A DNA stretch of 37,206 bases, from the NCBI GenBank assembly GCA_027038695.1, contig JALWHA010000133.1:1-37206 (forward strand), given 5' to 3'. Below are positions 9,580 through 18,054 of the stretch, piece by piece (position 1 is the stretch's first letter; each line of letters begins with the position of its first letter). Below the pieces are notes generated by a model. The model ran no database searches. It was not told the DNA's origin and was given only the letters and a program-made list of their open reading frames with translations. The stretch is from Acidobacteriota bacterium. GTDB lineage: Bacteria; Acidobacteriota; Holophagae; Thermotomaculales; Thermotomaculaceae. Both the position numbers and the translations under genes were made by a program.

Positions 9580-10242
9580 ATGAAAAGGTTTTTATCTTTA
9601 TTATTAGTACTGATTTTAACCGCTTTTATGTTTGCGTGCGGCGGGAAAAAGGAAGCAAAGAAGGCTGAAGTGCAGAAACCCAAGGTTAATCAGCAGGAAA
9701 TAGCACAGAAAGTAAAAGCCATGCTTGATTTGAAAGCGCAATTTGATCAATTGAAGACGAAAAAGGAAAAGGATGACCTTGTGCAGAAGTTGTACGGTAA
9801 CGCAAAGGGTATACTTGATGTTGATCCGAATAATGCTGATGCGAATAAGGTAATGGATTTTGTTCAACTGTATTATGCTCAAGGCTGGATGGAAAGAGGT
9901 AAATACTCTAAGGCAAAAGAGATCGTTGAGAATGTTCTTGAATTCTCTCCTAACAATGAAGACGCAAAGCAGTTGTTAGCAAAGATAAAAGATTGGGAAT
10001 ATTTAACAAAAGACGAGTTTAAAAAGATTAAAAAACATATGACAATGGAAAAGGTTCAGGAAATGATAGGTTATCCCCTTGAAAAATTAGAACAGAAAGA
10101 TAAGTTGGGAAGAACCGTTTATGCCTGGATTTATAGAGAGCCTGAATTAAAACAAAAAGTTGTTTTATACTTTACTGATAACGGGGTTCTTTATTCCAAG
10201 TATTGGCCTAAAGCGAAAACTTCTTCAAAGAAAAAGAAATAA
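9580..10242 (+). CDS. Lipoprotein with TPR-like helices and C-terminal SmpA/OmlA(BamE)-like domain
   Basis: Lipoprotein signal MKRFLSLLLVLILTAFMFA-C; TPR-like motifs LDVDPNNADA and GKYSKAKEIVENVLEFSPNNEDA; FKKIKKHMTMEKVQEMIGYP...WIY resembles SmpA/OmlA. ATG 9580 follows AGGAGG. Confidence 0.7.
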   Translation: MKRFLSLLLVLILTAFMFACGGKKEAKKAEVQKPKVNQQEIAQKVKAMLDLKAQFDQLKTKKEKDDLVQKLYGNAKGILDVDPNNADANKVMDFVQLYYAQGWMERGKYSKAKEIVENVLEFSPNNEDAKQLLAKIKDWEYLTKDEFKKIKKHMTMEKVQEMIGYPLEKLEQKDKLGRTVYAWIYREPELKQKVVLYFTDNGVLYSKYWPKAKTSSKKKK

Positions 10243-10268
10243 ATTAGGTATTATATATGAAAATAAAA

Positions 10269-10305
10269 AATAGGCAATATATTAACTTGAATTTACTTGC
10301 CTATT
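10269..10305. repeat. 9-bp inverted repeat (AATAGGCAA-19 nt-TTGCCTATT), possible hairpin or regulator site
   Basis: Perfect 9-bp arms at 10269-10277 and 10297-10305 with partial inner pairing, in the lipoprotein-exbB intergenic region. Confidence 0.5.
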
Positions 10306-10429
10306 GTGATAAAAATTCTAATGTTTGAATAAATGTTTTAAGGGAGGTGATTACTTAATATTTTAACTTTAAGAGAAAAATCAGTTGTAAATTACCAATT
10401 ATTTGAAAAAAAATTTTAGGAGGTACAAA

Positions 10430-11059
10430 GTGGAAGCATTTACAAGCGGATTAATGGAATATATGGATAAGGGCGGTCCTATTATGTATGTATTGGCTGT
10501 CTTTTCCATTCTGGCTCTTGTTGTTATTATTTACAAAGGTTTTATCCTTTACAAAGCAAGGATCAATACTTCCGAATTCTTGGGCAGGTTGAAGGCTATT
10601 TTAAGGAAAAAGAATATTAAGGCTGCTATTGATCTTTGCGAAGAGTATAGAAGCCCTATTGCTTCAATTCTTAAGGCAGGTTTGTTGAAGTTCGGTAGGC
10701 CTCAGGATGAAATCGAAAAAGCGATGGAAAACGCCGCTATTCACGAAATCGCAAGGCTTGAAAAGGGCCTCGGAGTACTTGCTTCTGTTGCAAACCTTGC
10801 TCCGATGCTTGGCTTCCTTGGAACCGTTACCGGTATGATTCAGTCATTTGACGCTATGTCAAAATTAAATGACCCGGGTAAGGTTGCGGAAGGTATTTCC
10901 GAAGCATTGATTACAACCGCAGGCGGCTTGATTGTTGCCGTTCCGGTTTTGATGTTTTACAATTGGTACACTTCGCTTATTGCAGGTTTTATCAGAGAGA
11001 TTGAATCCGCATCAAACGTTTTATTGGAGACATTCGGAGAAATAGAGTCTTTACAATAA
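10430..11059 (+). CDS. MotA/TolQ/ExbB proton-channel family protein
   Basis: GGPIMYVL TM1, LEKGLGVLASVANLAPMLGFLGTVTGMIQSF, GISEALITTAGGLIVAVP. GTG 10430 follows AGGAGGT. Confidence 0.93.
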   Translation: MEAFTSGLMEYMDKGGPIMYVLAVFSILALVVIIYKGFILYKARINTSEFLGRLKAILRKKNIKAAIDLCEEYRSPIASILKAGLLKFGRPQDEIEKAMENAAIHEIARLEKGLGVLASVANLAPMLGFLGTVTGMIQSFDAMSKLNDPGKVAEGISEALITTAGGLIVAVPVLMFYNWYTSLIAGFIREIESASNVLLETFGEIESLQ

Positions 11060-11074
11060 GAGAAAGGAATAGCA

Positions 11075-11497
11075 ATGAAACTTAGAAAAACAAAAACAAT
11101 TGAGGCTTACATCCCGACGGCTTCAATGGCTGACATTGCATTCCTGTTGATTGTTTTCTTTATGATTACTACTGTTTTCCAGGTTGATAAAACAGTTTTA
11201 ACCCTTCCTGCGTCAGTAGTAAGGAGTGAAGTTGTTAAAGGCTCTGCTTTTATTGTTGTCACGGAAGACGGTTACATTAAGGTTTCGGACGGTAAAGAGG
11301 ATACTCACCCCATTGACGCGTCTGATGTTTTGTCTTTTGCCGTTGATTTAATGTCAAAAGACCCTGATCAGCATGTTGTTGTCAAGGCTGATAAAAGAGT
11401 TAAGTGGCATGTTATTGACAAGATATTGGAGCAGTTGGAACAGGCGAGGGTGAAAAACCTTCAGTTCTTAACTGAGTTAAAAACAAACAAGCAGTAA
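11075..11497 (+). CDS. ExbD/TolR family protein (copy 1)
   Basis: IPTASMADIAFLLIVFFM TM helix with the conserved Asp; periplasmic VVVKADKRVKW..I..ILEQL motif. Confidence 0.92.
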   Translation: MKLRKTKTIEAYIPTASMADIAFLLIVFFMITTVFQVDKTVLTLPASVVRSEVVKGSAFIVVTEDGYIKVSDGKEDTHPIDASDVLSFAVDLMSKDPDQHVVVKADKRVKWHVIDKILEQLEQARVKNLQFLTELKTNKQ

Positions 11498-11508
11498 GGG
11501 AGTATGAA

Positions 11509-11982
11509 ATGAAGATACAGAAAGAAAAAGAACAGCCTGAAATCCCTACCGCGTCAATGGCAGATATTGCGTTTCTTCTTATAGTTTTCTTTATGTTGAC
11601 TACGGTTATTTCGGCGACCAAGGGTATTGAACATATCTTGCCTCAGCAGGATAAATCTGATACCACTCAGGTTGAGAAGGAAGAGTCAATTTATATTAAA
11701 ATCAATGCTGACGGAACATATTCAGTTGACCAAAAAGAACCGAGGTCAATCAGGGACATGGAGTTTTTAAAGGAATATGTTTACAATAAGGTATCGAGGA
11801 ACTATAAGAAGCCTATAATTATTCATGTAAACCCCGAAGCCGATTATGAAGCGATGGTGGCTGTATTGGATACTTTAAAGCAGGTTGAAGAACAGGTTGC
11901 TAAAGAAGGCCGTTTGCCTGCGGACAAGGGATTAACGATCTCTATCCCGACTTCCGCGGAACTTGAAGCCTGGGGTTATTAA
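11509..11982 (+). CDS. ExbD/TolR family protein (copy 2)
   Basis: IPTASMADIAFLLIVFFM TM helix with the conserved Asp; IIIHVNPEADYEAMVAVLDTL. Confidence 0.92.
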   Translation: MKIQKEKEQPEIPTASMADIAFLLIVFFMLTTVISATKGIEHILPQQDKSDTTQVEKEESIYIKINADGTYSVDQKEPRSIRDMEFLKEYVYNKVSRNYKKPIIIHVNPEADYEAMVAVLDTLKQVEEQVAKEGRLPADKGLTISIPTSAELEAWGY

Positions 11983-11999
11983 GGAGAGCGGGGGATAGT

Positions 12000-12746
12000 A
12001 TGGCAGAAGAAGTAAAAAATAATACTCCTGTTAATACGGTTGATGACCACTCGCTTATCGCCGATTATTTAGCGGAGTATAATGAGGATAAAAAGTATTT
12101 TGAAATAGCGTTGTTAATAGCTCTCTTATTCCACCTTGCTCTGATTTGGGTTAAAATGCCGAATTTCGGTAATAAAGAGATTGTAGAAGAAAAAAAGGTG
12201 GAAAAGAAGGCTACAAGGGTAGTATTACCGCCTCCGCCTGAGCAAAAACTTCAAGAAGTTAAAATTGAAAAAAAGGTTAAGAAGATTCCTATACCTGATC
12301 CTACGCCTGATGAACCTGAACCTGAAGTTCCAATTGAGACTGATGTTCAGCAGGATACTCCTGATATGGATATTGATTATACCAGCGGGCAGATCCCGGA
12401 TGAACCACCAGTGCCTTCGGGGCCTATCAGTGAGGCTACTGTCGGACTTGAAAAGCCTAAATACTCAAGAAGGCAACTGATGTCTAATGTTATTTATCCT
12501 GAGTTAGGTAAAAAGGCAGGTTTGCAGGGAATGATTATCCTTCAGGCTGTTTTGAAAAGAGATGGAACTGTTGGAGATATCAGGATTATAGGCGGTAATT
12601 TGAGAAACTACCCGTTTTTTAGAAAAGCAGCTGAAGATGCGGTACGAAAATTGAAATTTACTCCCGGTAAGTTGAGAGGGCATCCCGTTGATGTTATCAT
12701 GACACTTACCATTAAGTTTTCACTTAAGACCAATTATTCAAGATAA
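12000..12746 (+). CDS. tonB: Energy transducer TonB family protein
   Basis: TM helix with His (IALLFHLAL), Pro/Glu/Lys-rich linker (LPPPPE, PIPDPTPDEPEPE), TonB-C domain YPELGKKAGLQG...DGTVGDIRI...AVRKLKFTPG...PV. Confidence 0.9.
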   Translation: MAEEVKNNTPVNTVDDHSLIADYLAEYNEDKKYFEIALLIALLFHLALIWVKMPNFGNKEIVEEKKVEKKATRVVLPPPPEQKLQEVKIEKKVKKIPIPDPTPDEPEPEVPIETDVQQDTPDMDIDYTSGQIPDEPPVPSGPISEATVGLEKPKYSRRQLMSNVIYPELGKKAGLQGMIILQAVLKRDGTVGDIRIIGGNLRNYPFFRKAAEDAVRKLKFTPGKLRGHPVDVIMTLTIKFSLKTNYSR

Positions 12747-12753
12747 CAAATGT

Positions 12754-12783
12754 GAGAACCCGCTTTGAAGCGGGTTCTCTTTT
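12754..12783 (+). terminator. Putative intrinsic terminator after tonB
   Basis: GAGAACCCGCTT-TG-AAGCGGGTTCTC perfect inverted repeat followed by TTTT. Confidence 0.75.
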
Positions 12784-12808
12784 AAACAAAAATTTTAAAG
12801 AGGGTTGT

Positions 12809-13669
12809 ATGATCTTACAGGGGAACCTTAGCGAATTAAAATTGCCAGACATTTTACAGCTTGCTAATATGGCAGGAGAAACCTGTGTTATTAATTTCAT
12901 GAACAAAGATGGCGAAAAAGGAAAAATAGTCCTTATTGAAGGAAATATGATTTATGCTAAAAGCGATAGTTTAGAGGGTGACGAGGCTGTTTTTGAAATC
13001 GCTATCTGGCTTGAAGGCCATTTTAAAGTGGGAGATATTGACCAAAGTTACCCTAAAAACGTTAAGTCTAATTTGACCAGTTTACTTATGGAAGCAGCAA
13101 GAAGGCTTGATGAATGGAGGGTTTTGTCTAAAAAGATCCCTTCATTAACTTATTATCCTGTAGTGATAGATAATCCAAAAACACAACACACTATGAATAC
13201 CTCGGAATTGCAAATTATACAGTATATTGACGGTCATCATAATATTAAAGATATATCAAAAAAGAGCGGATTAACCCCTTTTGTAGTCGCAAAGTTGATA
13301 TACGGGTTGGTTGTAAACAACCTTGTTATGCTTTCCAGGTTTCCGTACGAGGTTCAGTCCTCAAGTTTTGATAGTGCGGATAATCCTGCAGATTTTATTT
13401 TGAAATCTCCTTTGTACAAAAAAATGATTTCGTTAAAAGAAGCCGCTCGGAAATTTACCGTTTCCGTTCCCGGCTTTTCAGATAAAATTGAAACAGAGTT
13501 TTTAAAAGCCGTAAGCAAACTTAAGAACTCACCTAAAGAGAAGAAGATAGTGATCGATTTTGCTAACAATATTCTTTTTACGCTTGCCGAAATAGAAGGG
13601 AAGGAATTTTCCAAAAAATTATCCCTTAAATTTAAAGAAATTTTAAAAAGTAAACCTGCAAAAAAATAA
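12809..13669 (+). CDS. DUF4388 (PATAN/PatA_N-like) domain protein with winged-helix-like domain
   Basis: LQGNLSELKLPDILQL...G.I.LIEG.MIYA...GDEAVFEIAIWLEGHF...LLMEAARRLDEW is the DUF4388 pattern. It is followed by IIQYIDGHHNIKDISKKSGLTPFVVAKLIYGLV (wHTH-like). ATG 12809 follows AGAGGG. Confidence 0.8.
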   Translation: MILQGNLSELKLPDILQLANMAGETCVINFMNKDGEKGKIVLIEGNMIYAKSDSLEGDEAVFEIAIWLEGHFKVGDIDQSYPKNVKSNLTSLLMEAARRLDEWRVLSKKIPSLTYYPVVIDNPKTQHTMNTSELQIIQYIDGHHNIKDISKKSGLTPFVVAKLIYGLVVNNLVMLSRFPYEVQSSSFDSADNPADFILKSPLYKKMISLKEAARKFTVSVPGFSDKIETEFLKAVSKLKNSPKEKKIVIDFANNILFTLAEIEGKEFSKKLSLKFKEILKSKPAKK

Positions 13670-13686
13670 TATATATGGGAGTTATT

Positions 13687-15003
13687 ATGAGAAAAACGGT
13701 GATTATTTTAATGGTTTTTTTGTTGAGCGTTAACTTTGTTAAAGCCGACTACAAATTAGGTTACAAACTTTACAAACAGGGAAAGATTAAACAGGCGTTG
13801 CAGCAGTTCCAAAGTGACGCGGAAAAGTATAGTTACTGGTATTTCCCCTCTTATATGGCTGCTATGTGCTATTTTAAACTTAAAGATTATAAATCATCTC
13901 TTGAAATGTTAAGAATGGCTGAAAATGCGGCTATGAAATCTGATAAAAAAGTTGTTGAACTTCCTACCGTTAAGGTTCTTGAGGCAAGAGTTCTTGCTGC
14001 ATCTGGTAAGTGCAGGGATGCGATCAAACTCTGTTCAAAATATATCCCGCAATCTCCTGCAGAATTTCAGGCGATGTTTTATTATGTGAAAGGTAAATGT
14101 GAGAATAAATTAAAAAACTCTTCAAAGGCGGTTATTGACCTAAAAAACTCAACCGGAATTAACCCGAAAAACCCCTCAGCCTGGTTTGAATTAGGTATGG
14201 CATACATACATAACAATAATCTGGACGGCGCTATTAAATCTTTTACAAAGTCAATGCAGTTGTTCCCAAAATCAAAGGCGACTTATTATCTCTTAACCGA
14301 TGCATTAATTAACAAAGCAAGAAGAGTAAGAGATGCAAATACAAAGAAAAAATACTATTTGCAGGCTGTTGACGTAGCAAATAAGGGTCTTAAGTATTTT
14401 ACCGGTGACAAGAAATTGAACCTTAATCTTGCTAATGCGTATTTAGGAGCAAAGCAGTATTCAACAGCAATTTCACTGTTTTCTCAACTTTACAAAAAGT
14501 ATCCCAATGATACTTATGTTATTTTTGGCTTAGGTTCCGCTTATATGGGTAACAAAGACTATAAGAAGGCATTGCCTTACCTTTTAAAGGTTAAGGGGAG
14601 AATGAATAATACTCTTATATATAATTTTGTCGCTACTGCTCAATTAGCAATCGGTAAAAAGGAGAATAATCTATCAAAATGCAAGGTTGCTTTAAATACA
14701 GTTAAAGAGGGTTTGAAGAAATTCCCTAACAACAAGAATCTTAAGAAAGAATTAAAGGAAGTTAAGGATATAATTGCAAAATTTGAGAAAAACCTTGAAA
14801 TTGAAAAGAAAAATAAGCAGATTGAACAGGAGAACAAAAGAAAACTTGCCAATAGGATAATGACGTTAAAAGGCAGAATAAGGAAAGCCGAAGAGATAAA
14901 GAGAAAATCAGGTCAATATCCTGCAAGTTATGAGAGTGATAAAAAGGAACTTGAAAAAGCATTAAAGACTTACGAAAAACTGTACGGTCAGTTCAGGCAA
15001 TAA
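13687..15003 (+). CDS. Secreted/periplasmic tetratricopeptide repeat protein with C-terminal coiled coil
   Basis: Signal peptide MRKTVIILMVFLLSVNFVKA; multiple TPRs (e.g. NPKNPSAWFELGMAY, YPNDTYVIFGLGSAY); Lys/Glu-rich heptad C-terminus. Alternative ATG at 13675. Confidence 0.82.
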   Translation: MRKTVIILMVFLLSVNFVKADYKLGYKLYKQGKIKQALQQFQSDAEKYSYWYFPSYMAAMCYFKLKDYKSSLEMLRMAENAAMKSDKKVVELPTVKVLEARVLAASGKCRDAIKLCSKYIPQSPAEFQAMFYYVKGKCENKLKNSSKAVIDLKNSTGINPKNPSAWFELGMAYIHNNNLDGAIKSFTKSMQLFPKSKATYYLLTDALINKARRVRDANTKKKYYLQAVDVANKGLKYFTGDKKLNLNLANAYLGAKQYSTAISLFSQLYKKYPNDTYVIFGLGSAYMGNKDYKKALPYLLKVKGRMNNTLIYNFVATAQLAIGKKENNLSKCKVALNTVKEGLKKFPNNKNLKKELKEVKDIIAKFEKNLEIEKKNKQIEQENKRKLANRIMTLKGRIRKAEEIKRKSGQYPASYESDKKELEKALKTYEKLYGQFRQ

Positions 15004-15014
15004 AGGAAGGGAAA

Positions 15015-15389
15015 ATGGGGGAACTAATACTTTTTAAGCCTATTGTCTTTTTATTGGGCCTTTCGGTAATTACCGCTTTTATTATGGTGGGATTATCCGC
15101 TCTTTTGGGCCCTAAAAGACCTCATGACAAAAAATTGGATATTTACGAGTGCGGTGCTCCCCTTATTCAAGTGGACGCAAGGAGAAGGTATTCTGTTAAA
15201 TACTTTGTAATTGCAATGTTGTTTATACTTTTTGATGTTGAAATTGCGTTTATGTATCCCTGGGCGGTTATTTATAAGAAGTATATTACCACCGGGAAAT
15301 TTATCCTTATAGAAATGGTATTTTTCTTAATAGTACTTCTTGCGGGATATCTCTATGTTTGGTGGAAAGGAGCACTGGAATGGGAATAG
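15015..15389 (+). CDS. nuoA: NADH-quinone oxidoreductase subunit A
   Basis: [28 protein letters not shown]. Confidence 0.96.
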   Translation: MGELILFKPIVFLLGLSVITAFIMVGLSALLGPKRPHDKKLDIYECGAPLIQVDARRRYSVKYFVIAMLFILFDVEIAFMYPWAVIYKKYITTGKFILIEMVFFLIVLLAGYLYVWWKGALEWE

Positions 15390-15940
15390 AAAAGGCTTTA
15401 GGTGATACCGTATTCACTACTCAGCTTTCAAAGGCTGTAAATTGGGCGAGAAAATGGTCTTTGTGGCCCATGCCATTCGGTACTGCTTGTTGTGCGATTG
15501 AATTCATGGCTGTTCAGGCCTCCCATTTTGACCTTTCAAGGTTCGGCGCCGAGGCTATGAGGTTTTCCCCCAGGCAAAGTGATTTAATGATGGTTATGGG
15601 CACTATTACGAGAAAAATGGTGCCCGTGTTGCGAAAAATATATGCTCAAATGGCGGAACCGAAATGGGTAATGGCTATAGGTGCCTGCACCTGTTCCGGC
15701 GGGTTTTTCCGTTCATATGCCGTTCAGCAGGGTATTGACAGAATCATTCCCGTTGACGTTTATGTTAACGGTTGTCCTCCGAGGCCTGAAGCTTTTATTA
15801 AAGGTTTAATGCAGATTCAAAAAATTGTTGAGAGCGAATCATTGATTGATAGAAAGAGAAGAATAGAAGAATTCTATAAAAGATTGGAGAACATCAGCCA
15901 TGAAACAGATTATGAGCCTGCTGACCAAATACTTCGCTGA
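15380..15940 (+). CDS. nuoB: NADH-quinone oxidoreductase subunit B
   Basis: [44 protein letters not shown] 15380 follows AAGGAG. Confidence 0.97.
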   Translation: MGIEKALGDTVFTTQLSKAVNWARKWSLWPMPFGTACCAIEFMAVQASHFDLSRFGAEAMRFSPRQSDLMMVMGTITRKMVPVLRKIYAQMAEPKWVMAIGACTCSGGFFRSYAVQQGIDRIIPVDVYVNGCPPRPEAFIKGLMQIQKIVESESLIDRKRRIEEFYKRLENISHETDYEPADQILR

Positions 15941-16364
15941 CGCAATTGAGTTTCAGGAGGGTTTGAGAGGGGACACTTTTCTTGTCCTTAAAGATCCTTC
16001 AAAAATTGTTGAGGTTTTACAATTGTTAAAGGAGAACGGCTTTAATATGCTGATTGATTTAACGGCGGTGCATTATCCTCACCGTGAGTACAAGTTTGAG
16101 ATAATCTACAACATGCTTTCTATGGAACCGCTTTTAAGACTAATTATCAAGGTTCCTGTGAAGGAAGAGTGGCCGGAACTTGATTCGGTATCTTCCTTGT
16201 ACAAAACGGCAAACTGGTATGAGCGCGAGGTTTACGATATGTTCGGCGTGAAGTTTAAGAACCATCCGAATCTGAAGAGGATCCTTATGTGGGAAGGCTT
16301 TAAAGGCCATCCTTTGAGAAAGGAGTATCCTCTGGAAGGAGATAATTTACACTGCCATGACTAA
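15900..16364 (+). CDS. nuoC: NADH-quinone oxidoreductase subunit C (stand-alone)
   Basis: [36 protein letters not shown]. Confidence 0.96.
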   Translation: MKQIMSLLTKYFADAIEFQEGLRGDTFLVLKDPSKIVEVLQLLKENGFNMLIDLTAVHYPHREYKFEIIYNMLSMEPLLRLIIKVPVKEEWPELDSVSSLYKTANWYEREVYDMFGVKFKNHPNLKRILMWEGFKGHPLRKEYPLEGDNLHCHD

Positions 16365-17553
16365 TATAAAGAAAGAACTGGATATAAAAACCGATAGAAT
16401 GATAGTAAACATGGGGCCTTCCCATCCGATTACTCACGGCACATTGCATATTATCCTTGAGCTGGAAGGGGAGACCATTGTCGGGAGCGATACAAAGATA
16501 GGGTATTTGCACAGGGGAGTTGAAAAATTAGGCGAAAACAGGACATATCAAAAATTTATCCCCTTTACTGACAGGATGAATTACACTTCTTCCATAAACA
16601 ATAATGTAGGTTATACCCTTGCGGTTGAAAAACTTTTAGGTATTCAATCCCCCCCGAGGGCACAGGTAATTGAGGTAATTGCCTGCGAACTGGGAAGGAT
16701 TGCGGACCATATTGTTTGTGTCGGGATTAACGCTGTTGATATTGGCGCCTTTACCGCGTTCCTCTATTTGTTCAAATACAGAGAGTTTATTTACGATATT
16801 TTTGAAAGAATGACAGGGGGAAGGCTTACCACTTCTTATACCAGAATTGGTGGGGTAAGAAGGGATTTAGACGACAAAACAATTGAATTGATAAAGCAGT
16901 TTATAAAAGAATTTCCCAAAGCGATTGACGAATTGGAAGCATTATTGACCAAAAATAGGATATGGTATGACAGGACGAGAGGTGTGGGGGAATTCTCGGC
17001 TGAAGATGCCATCTCGTACGGTTACACAGGCCCCTGTCTCAGGGCTTGCGGGGTTGAATGGGATCTCAGAAAAGTTCAACCCTATCTTGGATACGAGAAT
17101 TACGAATTTGAAGTGCCTATCGGAACGAGGGGAGACGTTTACGACAGATACCTTGTCAGGGTGGAAGAGATGAGGCAGTCTGTTAAGATATTGGAACAGG
17201 CTATTGAAAACCTTCCTGAAGGCCCGATTATCGTTGAAGACCCAAAGATAGCATTGCCTCCGAAGGAAGATGTTTACAATACTATTGAGGGATTGATATG
17301 CCATATGAAATTGGTTATGGAAGGGATAAAGCCTCCCGCAGGTGAGGTTTATTCCGCAACGGAAGCGGCAAACGGAGAATTGGGCTTTTACATTGTTTCA
17401 GACGGAGAGGCAAGGCCTTACAGAATAAGGGTTAGGCCTCCGTGTTTTCCTATCTTTTCGTCTTTTGATGAACAGGTTAAAGGCCATATGATTGCGGACG
17501 CGGTTGCTATACTCGGAAGTTTAAACATAATTGCAGGCGAACTGGACAGGTAG
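16357..17553 (+). CDS. nuoD: NADH-quinone oxidoreductase subunit D
   Basis: NMGPSHPITHG, IGYLHRGVEK, DRMNY, GDVYDRY, C-terminal GELDR. Confidence 0.97.
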   Translation: MTNIKKELDIKTDRMIVNMGPSHPITHGTLHIILELEGETIVGSDTKIGYLHRGVEKLGENRTYQKFIPFTDRMNYTSSINNNVGYTLAVEKLLGIQSPPRAQVIEVIACELGRIADHIVCVGINAVDIGAFTAFLYLFKYREFIYDIFERMTGGRLTTSYTRIGGVRRDLDDKTIELIKQFIKEFPKAIDELEALLTKNRIWYDRTRGVGEFSAEDAISYGYTGPCLRACGVEWDLRKVQPYLGYENYEFEVPIGTRGDVYDRYLVRVEEMRQSVKILEQAIENLPEGPIIVEDPKIALPPKEDVYNTIEGLICHMKLVMEGIKPPAGEVYSATEAANGELGFYIVSDGEARPYRIRVRPPCFPIFSSFDEQVKGHMIADAVAILGSLNIIAGELDR

Positions 17554-17562
17554 GGGGGTAAA

Positions 17563-18054
17563 ATGGCATTGAGATTTGACGAAAGTGACGTAAAAAACCT
17601 TGAAGAGATAAGGGCAAGATATCCTAATAACAGAGCCTGCACTTTGCCTTTTCTGCACTATGCTCAGGATAAATTCGGTTATGTTTCGGAAGATGTAATT
17701 AAACTTGTTGCGGAAACACTAAAACTTCCTGTAGCTTATGTGCTGAGCGTTGCCACATTTTACACAATGTACAACAAAAAACCCGTAGGGAAGTATCACC
17801 TTCAGATCTGTACAAATATTTCCTGTTCTCTTTTAGGTGCAAGAAGGCTTGTTGACAAATTGGAAGAAATTTTGGGAATAAAACCCGGAGAAACTACCGA
17901 AGACGGAATGTTCACTTTAACTGAAGTAGAGTGTTTGGGTTCTTGTGGGACAGCACCCGTTATACAGGTAAATGAAAGATACTTTGAAAATCTTGACGAA
18001 AAAAAAGTAGAGGATTTAATAGAATCCCTCAGAAAGGGGGAGCTTGATGTCTGA
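17563..18054 (+). CDS. nuoE: NADH-quinone oxidoreductase subunit E
   Basis: VATFYTMY; [2Fe-2S] ligands CTNISC...ECLGSC. Confidence 0.96.
   Translation: MALRFDESDVKNLEEIRARYPNNRACTLPFLHYAQDKFGYVSEDVIKLVAETLKLPVAYVLSVATFYTMYNKKPVGKYHLQICTNISCSLLGARRLVDKLEEILGIKPGETTEDGMFTLTEVECLGSCGTAPVIQVNERYFENLDEKKVEDLIESLRKGELDV

Noticed and set aside
10304-10321. TTGTGAT as a possible Rex operator upstream of exbB
   Set aside because: The right arm matches only 3 of 7 positions; the overlapping Fur-like reading fits better and is itself tentative.
10430-12746. Calling the locus tolQRA, motAB or aglRQS outright
   Set aside because: There is no tolB/pal, no OmpA-like MotB domain and no glt cluster in the window, and the linker is Pro-rich (TonB-like). 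Assignment needs phylogeny.
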